Source: Burkholderiales bacterium
Lineage (GTDB): Bacteria; Pseudomonadota; Gammaproteobacteria; Burkholderiales; SG8-39
DNA: 64,000 bases
Reading direction: 5' to 3'
NCBI GenBank assembly: GCA_041617635.1
Contig: JBFJOO010000001.1
Span: 11,819 to 75,818 of the forward strand
A program made the translations under genes and the position numbers. Positions 18,916 to 28,787 of the stretch are shown one piece after another. Below the pieces are notes generated by a model. The model worked only from the letters and a program-made list of their open reading frames with translations, was not told where the DNA came from and did not search any database. Position 1 is the first letter of the stretch, and each line of letters begins with the position of its first letter.

Positions 18916-19806
18916 ATGAAGGCGTTCAAGGTTGTCGAGGCGCGCGACGCGAACCACGCGGTCGCGCTGCTGGCCGAGCATGGCCGGTCGGTCAAGGTCC
19001 TCGCGGGCGGCACCGACATTCTCGTGGATTTCAAGCACGCCCCGCACGCACCCGAAGTGGTGCTCGACATCACTCGCGCCGAGGATCTGAAAGGCATAGC
19101 GATGACCGACGCGGGGCTGCGCATCGGCGCGCTGGCCACGCATACCGACATCATGCGCTCGCCCCTCATTCGCGAGAGCCTGCCGGCCCTCGTGGATGCC
19201 GCGCACACGATCGGCGCGGTGCAGACCCGCAACCTGGGCACGCTGGGCGGCAACCTCGTGACGTGCGTGCCCTCGATGGACAGCGGACCCACGCTCGTCG
19301 CGCTCGAGGCGCGGGTCGTCGTGGCCGGCCCGGGCGGCCGCCGCGACATGCCGTTGACCGAGTTCTTCGTCGGCCCGCGCAAAACCATCCTCAAGCCGGA
19401 CGAGCTGCTCCTCGAGATCGTGATCCCGAAAGAGAACGTGGGCAAGCCGACGGATTTTCGCAAGTTCGGCCTGCGCAAGGGCCAGGCGCTGGCGCTGGTG
19501 AACGTCGCCTCGAGCCTGTGGGTCGACCCCAAAAAGAAGACATTCGTCGCGCCGCGCATCGCGCTCGGCGCCGTGGCGCCCACCGTCATCCGCGCACCCA
19601 AAGCGGAGGCCTATCTGGACGGCAAGGCGATCACGCCCGAAGCGATGAGCGAGGCCGGCCGCATCGCCGCCGACGAAGCGCGACCGATCAGCGATTTTCG
19701 CGCATCGGCCGAGTACCGCCGCGATCTCATCGCGACCCTCACCCGGCGCACCCTGGAGAACGCCTACGCACAGGCCCAGGCGCGGCAGCAAGGAGATCCG
19801 AAATGA
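18916..19806 (+). CDS. molybdenum hydroxylase (xanthine dehydrogenase family) FAD-binding subunit
   Basis: KVLAGGTDILVDF FAD-binding motif and a CO_deh_flav_C-like end (SDFRASAEYRR). Start at MKAFKV (18916). Confidence 0.88.
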   Translation: MKAFKVVEARDANHAVALLAEHGRSVKVLAGGTDILVDFKHAPHAPEVVLDITRAEDLKGIAMTDAGLRIGALATHTDIMRSPLIRESLPALVDAAHTIGAVQTRNLGTLGGNLVTCVPSMDSGPTLVALEARVVVAGPGGRRDMPLTEFFVGPRKTILKPDELLLEIVIPKENVGKPTDFRKFGLRKGQALALVNVASSLWVDPKKKTFVAPRIALGAVAPTVIRAPKAEAYLDGKAITPEAMSEAGRIAADEARPISDFRASAEYRRDLIATLTRRTLENAYAQAQARQQGDPK

Positions 19807-20282
19807 CCGAAGTGAAGTTGAAGGTGAACGGCGAGGTCCGCACGGCGTCGGTCCCGCCCGAGACGACGCTGCTGAAGTTGCTGCGCGAGTCCTTCAATCT
19901 GACGGGCGCGAAGCTCGGGTGCGACGTAGGCGACTGCGGAGCCTGCACGGTCATCGTGGACGGCATGTCCGTGAACGCCTGCCTGATGCTGGTGAACCAG
20001 GTTCAGGGCCGCGAAGTCCTGACGATCGAGGGGTTGGCCACGGTCGACCATCTACACCCGATCCAGGAAACCTTCGAGGCGCTCGCATCGCTGCAGTGCG
20101 GATTCTGCGGGCCGGGGGTCATCATGGCCGCGAAGGCCCTGCTCGACGAGAACCCCGACCCGACCGTGCCGGAGATCCGCGACGCGCTCTCGGGGAATCT
20201 CTGCCGGTGCACCGGCTACACAAAAATGATCGAGGCCATTCAGGACGCCGCGCGAATCATGCGCGCGCGAGAGGCCGCGTGA
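19803..20282 (+). CDS. molybdenum hydroxylase [2Fe-2S] small subunit
   Basis: CDVGDCGACTV, LQCGFCGPG and NLCRCTGY cluster motifs. ATGA overlap with the FAD subunit. Confidence 0.93.
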   Translation: MTEVKLKVNGEVRTASVPPETTLLKLLRESFNLTGAKLGCDVGDCGACTVIVDGMSVNACLMLVNQVQGREVLTIEGLATVDHLHPIQETFEALASLQCGFCGPGVIMAAKALLDENPDPTVPEIRDALSGNLCRCTGYTKMIEAIQDAARIMRAREAA

Positions 20283-20306
20283 ATCCGCCATCCGGAGGAC
20301 GAAGCA

Positions 20307-21710
20307 ATGAATGACAAGCTGAGGATCGACGAGAAGGAAATCACGCAGGAGATGCTGCGCGATCAGGGCGAGGCGCTGCGGGTACCGGTCATCACGCCGC
20401 CCGTGCCGTATCCGATCGAGACCCTGGTTCCCGAGGTCCGTCAGCAGACGCCTGCGGTCGGCCAGCGCGCCACCCGGCCCGACGGCCGCCTCCATGGGCT
20501 CGGCCAGACCAAGTACATCGATGACCTGACGTTTCCCGGGATGCTGCATGCCAAGATCAAGCGGGCCGGCATCGCGTCGGCGCTGATCAAGCGCATCGAC
20601 ACGAGCGAGGCCGAGGCGATGCCGGGCGTGATGGCGGTGCTCACCGGCCGCGAGATCCCGGTCAACTCCTTCGGCCCGTCGCTGCAGGACCAGCCGGTGC
20701 TCTGCGACGAGCGCGTGTTCCACGCCGGGGACGGCGTCGCGGCGGTCGCGGCCGTCACGGAACAGATCGCCCTCGAGGCGCTCGAGAAGATCAAGGTCGA
20801 GTACGAGCCGCTGACACCGATCCTCGATCCGCTCGAGGCGATGCGGGACGACGCCCCAAAGGTGCATCCGCCCGCGAGCAACATCTACGCGCACAAGATC
20901 ATCAAGAAGGGCGACATCGAGAAGGGTTTCGCCGCCTCCGACCACGTCTTCCAGGCGCGCTTCTCCACCCAGATGGTCGAGCACGTGCCGCTCGAGCCGC
21001 ATGCGTCGATCGGGATGTGGGATTCCAACGGCCGCCTCACCGTCTACTCCAGCCTCGGCCGGATCACCCTCGGGCGCACCGACATCGCGCGCACGCTCCG
21101 GCTGCCGATCAATCGGGTTCACGTCGTGGCCACGATCGTCGGCGGCAACTTCGGCGGCAAGAACGAGATCACCCAGGAGCCGGTCGTCGCGCTGCTCGCG
21201 AAGAAGACCGGTCGGCCGGTGAAGGCCGTCTACTCGCGCGGCGAGGAATTCACCTCCTCGACGACGCGGCATCCGATCATCATGGACTACAAGACCGGCG
21301 TCTCGCGCGACGGCAAGATCCTCGCGCGGCAAGTGAAGCTCTACCTCGACGGCGGCGCCTACTGCTCGTGGAGCGAGACGACGCTCGGCAAGGCGTGCAT
21401 CCTGTCTCCCGGCCCGTACAACATCGAGAACGTCGAGGCCGAGGCGTTCGTGATCTACACGAACAAGACGGTGACCGGCGCCATGCGCGGCTTCGGCGCG
21501 CCGCAGGTCTGCTTCGCCTACGAGTCGCACATGGACGACATCGCGAAGGCGCTCGGCATCGATCCGCTCGAGATCCGGCTGCGCAACGCCTTCGGCGAAG
21601 GCTCGATCAGCCCCACCGGCCAGGTCCTGCACAGCGTCGTCGTCAGGGAATCGCTCGAGCGGGCCGCCGAGCGTTACGGCTGGCAGGAGACGCGGGAGGC
21701 CCGCTCATGA
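20307..21710 (+). CDS. molybdopterin-binding subunit, N-terminal piece (a/b-hammerhead + first Mo-binding domains) of a split large subunit
   Basis: XDH/aldehyde-oxidase-type active-site motif GAMRGFGAPQ (21483-21506). The ORF ends at the inter-domain linker. Confidence 0.88.
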   Translation: MNDKLRIDEKEITQEMLRDQGEALRVPVITPPVPYPIETLVPEVRQQTPAVGQRATRPDGRLHGLGQTKYIDDLTFPGMLHAKIKRAGIASALIKRIDTSEAEAMPGVMAVLTGREIPVNSFGPSLQDQPVLCDERVFHAGDGVAAVAAVTEQIALEALEKIKVEYEPLTPILDPLEAMRDDAPKVHPPASNIYAHKIIKKGDIEKGFAASDHVFQARFSTQMVEHVPLEPHASIGMWDSNGRLTVYSSLGRITLGRTDIARTLRLPINRVHVVATIVGGNFGGKNEITQEPVVALLAKKTGRPVKAVYSRGEEFTSSTTRHPIIMDYKTGVSRDGKILARQVKLYLDGGAYCSWSETTLGKACILSPGPYNIENVEAEAFVIYTNKTVTGAMRGFGAPQVCFAYESHMDDIAKALGIDPLEIRLRNAFGEGSISPTGQVLHSVVVRESLERAAERYGWQETREARS

Positions 21711-22753
21711 AGCGGCGCGGGCGCGGCATCGCCTGCATGTGGTACCCGATCGGCTTCACGGTCGCAGCCAATCCCAGCGCGGCGACGGTGAAGGTGAACG
21801 AGGACGGCACCGCCACGCTGCTCACCGGCACCGTGGAGACCGGCCAGGGCTCGCTGACGGTACTCGCCCAGATCGCAGCCGAGGAGCTCGGCGTCGCGAC
21901 CGAGGACATTCACGTGGTGTCGGCCGACACCGACGCGACGCCCATGGATACCGGCGCCATCGCGAGCCGCACCACCTACGTGACCGGCAACGCGACTCGG
22001 CTCGCCGCCGAGAAGTGCAAGGCGATCCTCTTCAACGTGGCCGCGCCGATGCTCGGCGTGCGCCCGGATCAGCTCGAGGCGCGCGATCGCAAGATCCAGG
22101 TGAAGCGCTTTCCGCAGCGCCAGCTGCCCATCGCCGACGTCGCGCGCCACGCGCTCTTCGTCAAGGGCGAGCCGCCGATCGGCAGCGCCTCGTTCAACCC
22201 CCCGACCGTGGCGATGGATCCGGAGACCGGCCAGGGCCTGCCGTTCGCGACGTACGTCTACGCGACGCAGATCGCCGAGGTCGACGTCGACGACGAGACC
22301 GGCGAGGTCGAGGTCCTGCGCATCGTGGCTTCGCACGATTGCGGCACCGCCATCAACCCGATGCTCGTCGAAGGCCAGATCGAGGGCGGCATCTCCATGG
22401 GGATCGGCCTTGCCCTGCAGGAGGAGATCCTCTTCGACAAGGAAGGCCGGCAGATCAACCCGAACCTCACCAACTACATCATGCCGACCAGCCTCGACAT
22501 GCCGGAGATCGAGGTCGACATCGTGCCGAGCTACGACCCGACCGGCCCCTTCGGCGCGAAAGGCGTCGGCGAGCCCACGTCGGTGCCCACCGCCGCCGCC
22601 ATCCTGAACGCGATCTACGACGCGGTCGGCGCGCGGGTCCACGCGCTGCCCGCCACCGCCGAGAAAGTCCGCGCGGCGATCAAGGCCGCCCGCGCAGAGG
22701 GCACCAAGCAACTCCCGGGCGCGCAGCGCGCGATCGCGGGCCCCGCCACGTAG
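21707..22753 (+). CDS. molybdopterin-binding subunit, C-terminal piece of a split large subunit
   Basis: Starts MKRRGRGIACMW..., then GTVETGQGS and C-terminal GAKGVGEP motifs. ATGA overlap with the preceding piece. Confidence 0.88.
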   Translation: MKRRGRGIACMWYPIGFTVAANPSAATVKVNEDGTATLLTGTVETGQGSLTVLAQIAAEELGVATEDIHVVSADTDATPMDTGAIASRTTYVTGNATRLAAEKCKAILFNVAAPMLGVRPDQLEARDRKIQVKRFPQRQLPIADVARHALFVKGEPPIGSASFNPPTVAMDPETGQGLPFATYVYATQIAEVDVDDETGEVEVLRIVASHDCGTAINPMLVEGQIEGGISMGIGLALQEEILFDKEGRQINPNLTNYIMPTSLDMPEIEVDIVPSYDPTGPFGAKGVGEPTSVPTAAAILNAIYDAVGARVHALPATAEKVRAAIKAARAEGTKQLPGAQRAIAGPAT

Positions 22754-22981
22754 CAGGGGCCCACGCATAGCGCCGGCGTGTCACGGGGCAGCGGCCAATG
22801 GCTGGCTGGTGCATTTGGCCGCGCCCGCCGTCATGGGTGGTTTGTGTGCGGGTAGTCGTGGGTTGACTGCCCGCCGCAAACCGGGTCACCCATAGGCGGG
22901 CGTTTGCGGCCGTAGGCGCCGGACGGGCATGGCCGCTGACCCGCTCTCGCGCGGTCCTTTGAAACCGACGCCGAGGCGCTG

Positions 22982-23929
22982 TTACGGGATCGCGTGCGTG
23001 ATGAACTCTTCCGGCACGGGCTCGCCCCACTGCGAGCTGAGCCCTTCGTCTGCCGCGAAAAGGTTCGGCTTGTTGTGGACGTTGAGCACGTCGCTGTCGG
23101 TCCAGTGCTCGTGCACGCGGCCCCAGGGGTCCTGCCAGTAGTCGTACACCTGGCTGCCGAGCACGTGCCGGCCGATGCCCCACACGTGCTTGTACTTGCC
23201 GGCGCGCTTCAGGTGCTCGTGACCGAGCATCACGTCGTCGATGCTCTGCACCTCGAACGACAGGTGGTTGATTCCGACCTTCGGACCCTCGATGCACAGG
23301 AACACGTGATGATCGACGAAGGTCTCGCCCCGATCGCAGCGGTTGAACGTCGCGATGATGTTGTCTTTCGACCCGGCGTACACCTCGTCGGAGCAGACGA
23401 AGCCGAACATCTCCCGGTACCACTTGGTCCGCTCCAGAGCGTTCTGCGTCATGATGACGCCGTGGGCGGCGCGCTTGACTTGCGAGGGCCCGCGCTCGAG
23501 CCGCATCAGCTCGCCGGCGCGGCGGAGCTTCGCGTCTCCCCAGTTGAGGACATTGCGGCGGGTCGGCAGCGGAGCGAGCTGCTGCATGCCGCAGATGACT
23601 TCCATCTGGTAGCCGTGCGGGTCGATAATGCGCACGCGCTTGCCGCCGCCGGGCTCGTCGATGTTCTCCACCCCGCTCGCGCCTGCGACCTTGGAGAACC
23701 TCTTCAGGTCATCCTCGCTCTCGACATAGAAGGCGAGACCGATGAACTTGGACGGCCCGAGGTGCGTCACGTGGAGATGGTGAGCGGGATCCGTGCCGCG
23801 CATGTAGAGCCGGTCCGCGGTTCGCTCCGAGCGGACCATGCCGAAGTTCGTGAGGAACTCCTCGGCCTCGTCGAGGCTGGGGGACTGCAGGCGCCCGTAG
23901 GCGATATCGGTGACTTTGATGACCGGCAT
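22982..23929 (-). CDS. two-domain VOC-superfamily extradiol ring-cleavage dioxygenase (catechol 2,3-dioxygenase/BphC-like)
   Basis: Duplicated glyoxalase-like modules. Candidate 2-His-1-carboxylate ligands lie in AAHGVI, INHLSFEV and YWQDPWGRVHEHW. Start at MPVIKV (23929). Confidence 0.8.
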   Translation of the reverse strand: MPVIKVTDIAYGRLQSPSLDEAEEFLTNFGMVRSERTADRLYMRGTDPAHHLHVTHLGPSKFIGLAFYVESEDDLKRFSKVAGASGVENIDEPGGGKRVRIIDPHGYQMEVICGMQQLAPLPTRRNVLNWGDAKLRRAGELMRLERGPSQVKRAAHGVIMTQNALERTKWYREMFGFVCSDEVYAGSKDNIIATFNRCDRGETFVDHHVFLCIEGPKVGINHLSFEVQSIDDVMLGHEHLKRAGKYKHVWGIGRHVLGSQVYDYWQDPWGRVHEHWTDSDVLNVHNKPNLFAADEGLSSQWGEPVPEEFITHAIP

Positions 23930-24009
23930 GATCGACCTCGATTTCGATGGATTCTCTCTCCCGCCGGAAGCCTTGCAACGGCTCCGCGCAAGAGGAATCA
24001 ATTATAAGA

Positions 24010-25119
24010 TCAAGCGGCGGCCGGTCCGGAACGGATCCGGTGCCCGTCGGACCCGAACAGGCAGATCTGGTCGCGCGCCAGGGTCAATCCGAGCTGGACG
24101 CCCGAATCGAGCTCGGCGAGCGCCATGCTGTCGCTGACCGTCACGAACGGGCGTTCCATTCCGACATCGAAATAGAGCAGCGTCTCCTTGCCGAGCGGCT
24201 CGACCAGCCGGACCGGCAGCTGCATGTCGCTCGTCGCGCCGTTTCCGGGCGGCACGGCACTGATGTGCTCCGGGCGAATGCCGAGCGTGACGGGGCCCGC
24301 CGGCACGCCGTTGAATCGGTCCGGCAGCGGCACCGCGAAACCGGAAGACGCCCGGAAGCGCAGCGCGCCGGACTCTCGGATGACCTCGCCCGCGAGCAGG
24401 TTCATCGAGGGCGACCCGAAGAAATCGGCGACGAAGCTGTTCACCGGGTTCGAGTAGATCTCCATCGGCGAGCCCATCTGCTCGATCTCCCCGCCGCGCA
24501 TGACCACGATCCGGTCGGCGAGCGTCATCGCCTCCTCCTGGTCGTGGGTGACGAAAATGAACGTGCGCTTGAGCGCCTGATGCAGGCGGTCGCATTCCGC
24601 GCGCAGCTCGCGCCGCAGCTTGGCGTCGAGGCTGGAGAGCGGCTCGTCCAGCAAAAAGGTCGACGGGTGGGTCACCAGCGTGCGCGCCAGCGCGACGCGC
24701 TGCGATTCGCCGCCCGAGCACTGGCCGGGCATCTTGTTCAGCAGGTGCGTGAGCCGCACCATCTCGGCCACTTCCTGGACCTGCCGGGCCCGCTCGGCGG
24801 GCGGCACCTTTTTCATCCGCAGCCCGAACTCGATGTTCTGCGCGACGGTCTTGTGCGGGAACAGCGCATGGCTCTGGAACACCATGCCCAGGCCCCGATC
24901 GCGCGGCTCGAGGTCGTTGACCACCCGACCGTCGATGCGGATCTCGCCCGCGGTCGGATCCTCGAATCCCGCGATCATCCTGAGGGTGGTCGTCTTCCCG
25001 CATCCCGACGGTCCGACGAAGACCACGAACTCGCCGTCCTCGATCGTGACGTTGATGTCCTTCACCGCGGCAAGCGCGCCGTATTCCTTGCGCAGGTTGA
25101 CGAGTTCGATGCGCGCCAC
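24010..25119 (-). CDS. ABC transporter ATP-binding protein (MalK/UgpC type, CUT1 family)
   Basis: Walker A GPSGCGKTT, signature CSGGESQRV, Walker B FLLDEP, and a C-terminal TOBE-like domain. GTG start at 25119 behind a GGAGGT RBS. Confidence 0.9.
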   Translation of the reverse strand: MARIELVNLRKEYGALAAVKDINVTIEDGEFVVFVGPSGCGKTTTLRMIAGFEDPTAGEIRIDGRVVNDLEPRDRGLGMVFQSHALFPHKTVAQNIEFGLRMKKVPPAERARQVQEVAEMVRLTHLLNKMPGQCSGGESQRVALARTLVTHPSTFLLDEPLSSLDAKLRRELRAECDRLHQALKRTFIFVTHDQEEAMTLADRIVVMRGGEIEQMGSPMEIYSNPVNSFVADFFGSPSMNLLAGEVIRESGALRFRASSGFAVPLPDRFNGVPAGPVTLGIRPEHISAVPPGNGATSDMQLPVRLVEPLGKETLLYFDVGMERPFVTVSDSMALAELDSGVQLGLTLARDQICLFGSDGHRIRSGPAAA

Positions 25120-25121
25120 TG

Positions 25122-26000
25122 CTACCTCCGGATCATGCCAAAACTGAACCCGCGAGCGAGGTGCTTGCGGATGATGAGGCCGATGATGATGAGCGGGATG
25201 GTGATCCCGACCGAGAGCGCGGCCTGTCGCCCGTAGACGCGTCCTTCCGTGGATCCCTGGTACTTGGAAAGTTCGATCGGAAGGGTCACCACCTCCGTCT
25301 TGGCCAGGAGGAGCGCAAGCAGATACTCGCTCCAGGTGAGAATCAGGATGAACAGGAACGTGGCCACGAAACCTGAGCGCACAAGCGGGAACACCACCTC
25401 GAACAGCGTGCGCCAGCGTGGCGCGCCGAGGATCTCGGCGGCCTGCTCGACCTCGCGCGGCACCTCGTCGATGAAGCTCTTGAGCATCCACACCGCGTAA
25501 GGGAGGCTGGTGAGGAAGTAGATCAGGATGAGCCCGAATGCCGTGTCGAGGAGGCCGAGAACCGAGTAATAGAGGGAGAGCGGCGCGACGATCACGATCG
25601 GCGGAATCATGCGCAGCATCAGGAGCTGGAACATCCGCACCTCGGACAGGACTTTGTAGCGCGACACGCCGTAGGCGATGACACCGCCGTACACCACGGC
25701 GAGGGTCGTCGCGCTGAACGCGATCAGGAGACTGTTGCCCATGGCGAACCACGGGCGCTGCGCGGAGATGATGTACTGCGCCGTCGCAACCTCCTGGCGA
25801 CCGGTCCACACGTCCAGGTAATTGGCGATGGTCCAGGGATCCGGAATGTAGACCGTCGGCCACGCGAACCATTGCTCGCTCGGCTTGAACGACGTGCTGA
25901 CCATCCAGTAGAGCGGGAACGCCACGATGAGCGCCCACACCGTCAGGATCGTGTAGCGCACGATCGCCGCGATCCGGTTCTTCTGCGACTTGGTCATCAT
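25122..26000 (-). CDS. ABC transporter permease (carbohydrate-type, MalG/UgpE-like)
   Basis: 6-TM BPD_transp_1 pattern with an EAA-like loop (IDEVPREVEQAAEILGA). Confidence 0.88.
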   Translation of the reverse strand: MMTKSQKNRIAAIVRYTILTVWALIVAFPLYWMVSTSFKPSEQWFAWPTVYIPDPWTIANYLDVWTGRQEVATAQYIISAQRPWFAMGNSLLIAFSATTLAVVYGGVIAYGVSRYKVLSEVRMFQLLMLRMIPPIVIVAPLSLYYSVLGLLDTAFGLILIYFLTSLPYAVWMLKSFIDEVPREVEQAAEILGAPRWRTLFEVVFPLVRSGFVATFLFILILTWSEYLLALLLAKTEVVTLPIELSKYQGSTEGRVYGRQAALSVGITIPLIIIGLIIRKHLARGFSFGMIRR

Positions 26001-26022
26001 CGGTCGTACCCCAGTCTCATGC

Positions 26023-27000
26023 TCAGGCGCCGCGGGGCGCTGCGACGTACATCGCGTCGATGGCGTGCTTCTCGCGGCGCAGCAGCCGGATCGCGACGAG
26101 CACGATGACGATCATCAGCATCATCGCGACATACGAAAGCGCCGCGCCCTTGGACACCTGGAAGTACTGCCAGGTGGTGAGGAAGATGTACACCGGGATC
26201 GTCTCCGTGGCGCTGCCCGGACCGCCCTGGAAGAGTGCCCAGATCTTCGGGAACTCCGCCATCGCCTCCAGAAACCGCAGGATCAGCGCCAGGAAGATCA
26301 CCGGTCGCAGCAGCGGCAGCTGCACCTCCCAGAAGATGCGCCACGACGAAGCGCCGAGAATGCGCGCCGCTTCGATCGGTTCCTTGGGGAGCGCGGAAAA
26401 GCCGGCGAGCATGATGATGAAGGAGAACGGCGTCCAGTTCCAGATCTCGAGCAGCATCACGCTCGTCAGCGCAATTTCGGGATTGGTGAGCCACGGAACC
26501 TTGTCCTCGACGCCACTGATGCGGCTGATCATGTCGTTGACCGGACCGGTGTCATACAGCAGCATCTCGGCGGTGTACGCCACGACGATCGGCACCGTCA
26601 GCATCGGAATGATAAACAGGATGTAGAAGAGCGCCTGGCCGCGGAACGGCTTGTACATCAGGTAGGCCAGCCCGAAGCCGAGCAAAAAGCAGCCGATCGT
26701 CGATCCGAGCGCGAAAGCGAGCGAGCGCAGGATCGCCCAACCGAAGCGGGGGTCGGTGAGGACCTCCTGGAAGATGTCCAGTCCAATCCACTCCGCGTCC
26801 TGCCAGGACCCGAGATAGACCGACCACTGGTGGAACGAGAAGTAGAGTTGCAGGAGCAGGACAGGAAGCAGGACGCCGCCGAACAGCGCGATCAGCGGCA
26901 CGAGGATCGCCCACTTGAAGCGCCTGACTCCGCGCGCACGCGAGGCCTCGCGTGTTGCGGCGGGCGCGACCGATCCGGGAATGGCGACGACGCTGGACAT
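26023..27000 (-). CDS. ABC transporter permease (carbohydrate-type, MalF/UgpA-like)
   Basis: 6-TM BPD_transp_1 pattern with EAA loop (PIEAARILGASSWRIFWEVQLP). Confidence 0.88.
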   Translation of the reverse strand: MSSVVAIPGSVAPAATREASRARGVRRFKWAILVPLIALFGGVLLPVLLLQLYFSFHQWSVYLGSWQDAEWIGLDIFQEVLTDPRFGWAILRSLAFALGSTIGCFLLGFGLAYLMYKPFRGQALFYILFIIPMLTVPIVVAYTAEMLLYDTGPVNDMISRISGVEDKVPWLTNPEIALTSVMLLEIWNWTPFSFIIMLAGFSALPKEPIEAARILGASSWRIFWEVQLPLLRPVIFLALILRFLEAMAEFPKIWALFQGGPGSATETIPVYIFLTTWQYFQVSKGAALSYVAMMLMIVIVLVAIRLLRREKHAIDAMYVAAPRGA

Positions 27001-27076
27001 GTCGGGAACGATATCGCGGCCGGCGGGCGTTCTGGCGCGCCCGCGCGGCCGCGATTCCTGTCTCAGTCCGATCCGA

Positions 27077-28522
27077 TCAGGACATCTTGGGCTTGTCGAT
27101 CTTGGGCATCAGATCCTTGTAGGTCGCGAGTTCCTCCTGGAGCTTCTTCGTGCCGATGCGCTTCACGATCTTCGCCCACTCGTTCTCGACGTTCGGCAGC
27201 ACTTCGGACGCCTTGCGCTGGCCCACGTACGCCTCGGACAGGTGCTTGCCGAGCTGATCCTGGAACTCGAGATAGCCGGTGAGATAGATCGGCGGGCAGG
27301 CGACCTGCAGGCACTGCTCGACCGCTTTCAGTCCGTCCTTCGTGTAGGCCGCCTCGACCCCCGGATCCGTCATGTTGCTCTTGTGCCACGCGTCGTGGAA
27401 GGTGTTGACGTTGTCGCCGACGTATTGATTCGCCGATTTCGCCGTCCCCCACCACAGCGCCAGGTAGGCCGCCGCCTCCTTGCGCGGGCTGTACTTGTTC
27501 ACATGAATGGCGGCGATCGGCGAGGAGATCGTGCGAACAATGGTCTTGCCATCGACGGTGGCGGCGGGTGGCGTGCCGTACAGCCACTTGCCGGCGGTCT
27601 TGGATTTCTGCTGGTTCTCCGCGAGCTTGACGATTCCGTCCCAGTACTGGCACGAGACCGCATGCCCGCCGACGATCCGCGGAATCATCTGTGGTGTGCC
27701 CCAGCCCGGCGACTCGGGGTGCGCGACGGACTTCTCGCGCAGGTAGATCTCGAGCGCCCGGTTTCCGGCCGGCGTGTTGAGCGTCGGCTTCATGCCGTCG
27801 TCGAACGGGAAGCCGCCGTGCGCGTAGAGATACATGAGGTACCACGTGACGCCGTTCGCGCGGTTGCGCAGGTTCGCCGAGCCCCAGATGCCTTTGTCGG
27901 GGTTGTGGAAAAACTGCATGATCTGGAAGTCGTCGTCCCAGGTCTCCGGCATCTTGAGCGGCTTCCCGTACTTGTCCGCGTAGCGCTTCTGGCTGTCGGG
28001 GTCCTCCAGGAGATCCTTGCGCATGAATTGGTTGTGGACGTTGCCGTCGGTCGGAATGGCGTAGGTCTGGCCCTTGTAAGTCATCAGCTTCGCGTAATCG
28101 CCGACCGCATCGATCTTGAAGCCGGCCTTCTTCATGTAGGGATCGAGCGGCTCGAGCAGCCCCGCCGAGGCGAGCGACGGGATCATTCCCGCGTCGACGT
28201 GGAAGAAATCGAACTGCGGCGAGCGCGACAGCGCCTCCGCCATCGCGCGTTGCGGGATGTCGAAGATCGAGATGTCCTGGATGTTGCCGACGCCGATGCC
28301 GCTCAGCTTGCGGAAGTCCTCCATCGAGGGCTGCATCGGGATGTAGTAGTTCGACCAGATCATCCCGGTCACGTCGGTCTTGCCGAGGCTCTTGGCCGCT
28401 GCAACGATGCGGTCGTTCTCGGCCTGCGCAAGAGCCCTCGGCGCGAAAGGCAGCGTGCTGAGCACGGACAGGCCGACTCCGCCTTTGATGAACTCGCGCC
28501 GGGAAAAGCGTGCTTTGGTCAT
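27077..28522 (-). CDS. ABC transporter extracellular solute-binding protein (family 1) with Tat signal
   Basis: Twin-arginine signal FSRREFIKGG...APRALA|Q. 481 aa; first gene of the SBP-permease-permease-ATPase operon. Confidence 0.85.
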   Translation of the reverse strand: MTKARFSRREFIKGGVGLSVLSTLPFAPRALAQAENDRIVAAAKSLGKTDVTGMIWSNYYIPMQPSMEDFRKLSGIGVGNIQDISIFDIPQRAMAEALSRSPQFDFFHVDAGMIPSLASAGLLEPLDPYMKKAGFKIDAVGDYAKLMTYKGQTYAIPTDGNVHNQFMRKDLLEDPDSQKRYADKYGKPLKMPETWDDDFQIMQFFHNPDKGIWGSANLRNRANGVTWYLMYLYAHGGFPFDDGMKPTLNTPAGNRALEIYLREKSVAHPESPGWGTPQMIPRIVGGHAVSCQYWDGIVKLAENQQKSKTAGKWLYGTPPAATVDGKTIVRTISSPIAAIHVNKYSPRKEAAAYLALWWGTAKSANQYVGDNVNTFHDAWHKSNMTDPGVEAAYTKDGLKAVEQCLQVACPPIYLTGYLEFQDQLGKHLSEAYVGQRKASEVLPNVENEWAKIVKRIGTKKLQEELATYKDLMPKIDKPKMS

Positions 28523-28619
28523 GGTCTCCTCCTCCTGATTGGAGTGCGATTGCCCTATTCAAATTCGCCCGCGACCGCGGACGAACATTTCGCGGACGTT
28601 AACGCCCGGATATTCTAGA

Positions 28620-28639
28620 TTGTTTCCAATTTGTTTCCA
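28620..28639. promoter_or_regulatory. tandem TTGTTTCCA direct repeat (11-bp register) in the AT-rich promoter region of the ABC operon
   Basis: aTTGTTTCCAatTTGTTTCCAttt lies about 100 nt upstream (minus-strand sense) of SBP start 28522. This is the most AT-rich patch of the region. Confidence 0.35.
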
Positions 28640-28787
28640 TTTAGTCAGCCGCCCCCTCCATTGTCAAGCGGCGGTCGAGGTATCCGATAAGGCGAGTGGG
28701 ACGGCGGCAGTCCGATCGATCGCATTCGACTGTGCGATGCAGCAAACGTTGCCTGACGGGCGCCTGACGAACATTTGCCAAACCTCG

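Noticed and set aside
20052-21632. 526-aa ORF antisense to the first Mo-binding subunit
   Set aside because: Shadow ORF of a strongly supported gene, with no recognisable domain.
21700-21715. The split of the Mo-binding subunit as a frameshift or pseudogene
   Set aside because: The junction is a clean ATGA stop/start overlap at a domain boundary. Both pieces are full-length for their domains, and naturally split enzymes of this family are known. A sequencing frameshift cannot be formally excluded without orthologs.
25120-25938. Upstream extension of the ABC ATPase frame (642-aa ORF 24010-25938)
   Set aside because: The extension is an off-frame shadow of the permease gene. The ATPase starts at GTG 25119 behind GGAGGT, immediately after the permease stop.
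26915-28618. 567-aa plus-strand ORF and 499-aa minus-strand off-frame ORF (27063-28562) over the solute-binding protein gene
   Set aside because: The in-frame minus-strand 27077-28522 product has a Tat signal and SBP features. The alternatives are compositionally aberrant.
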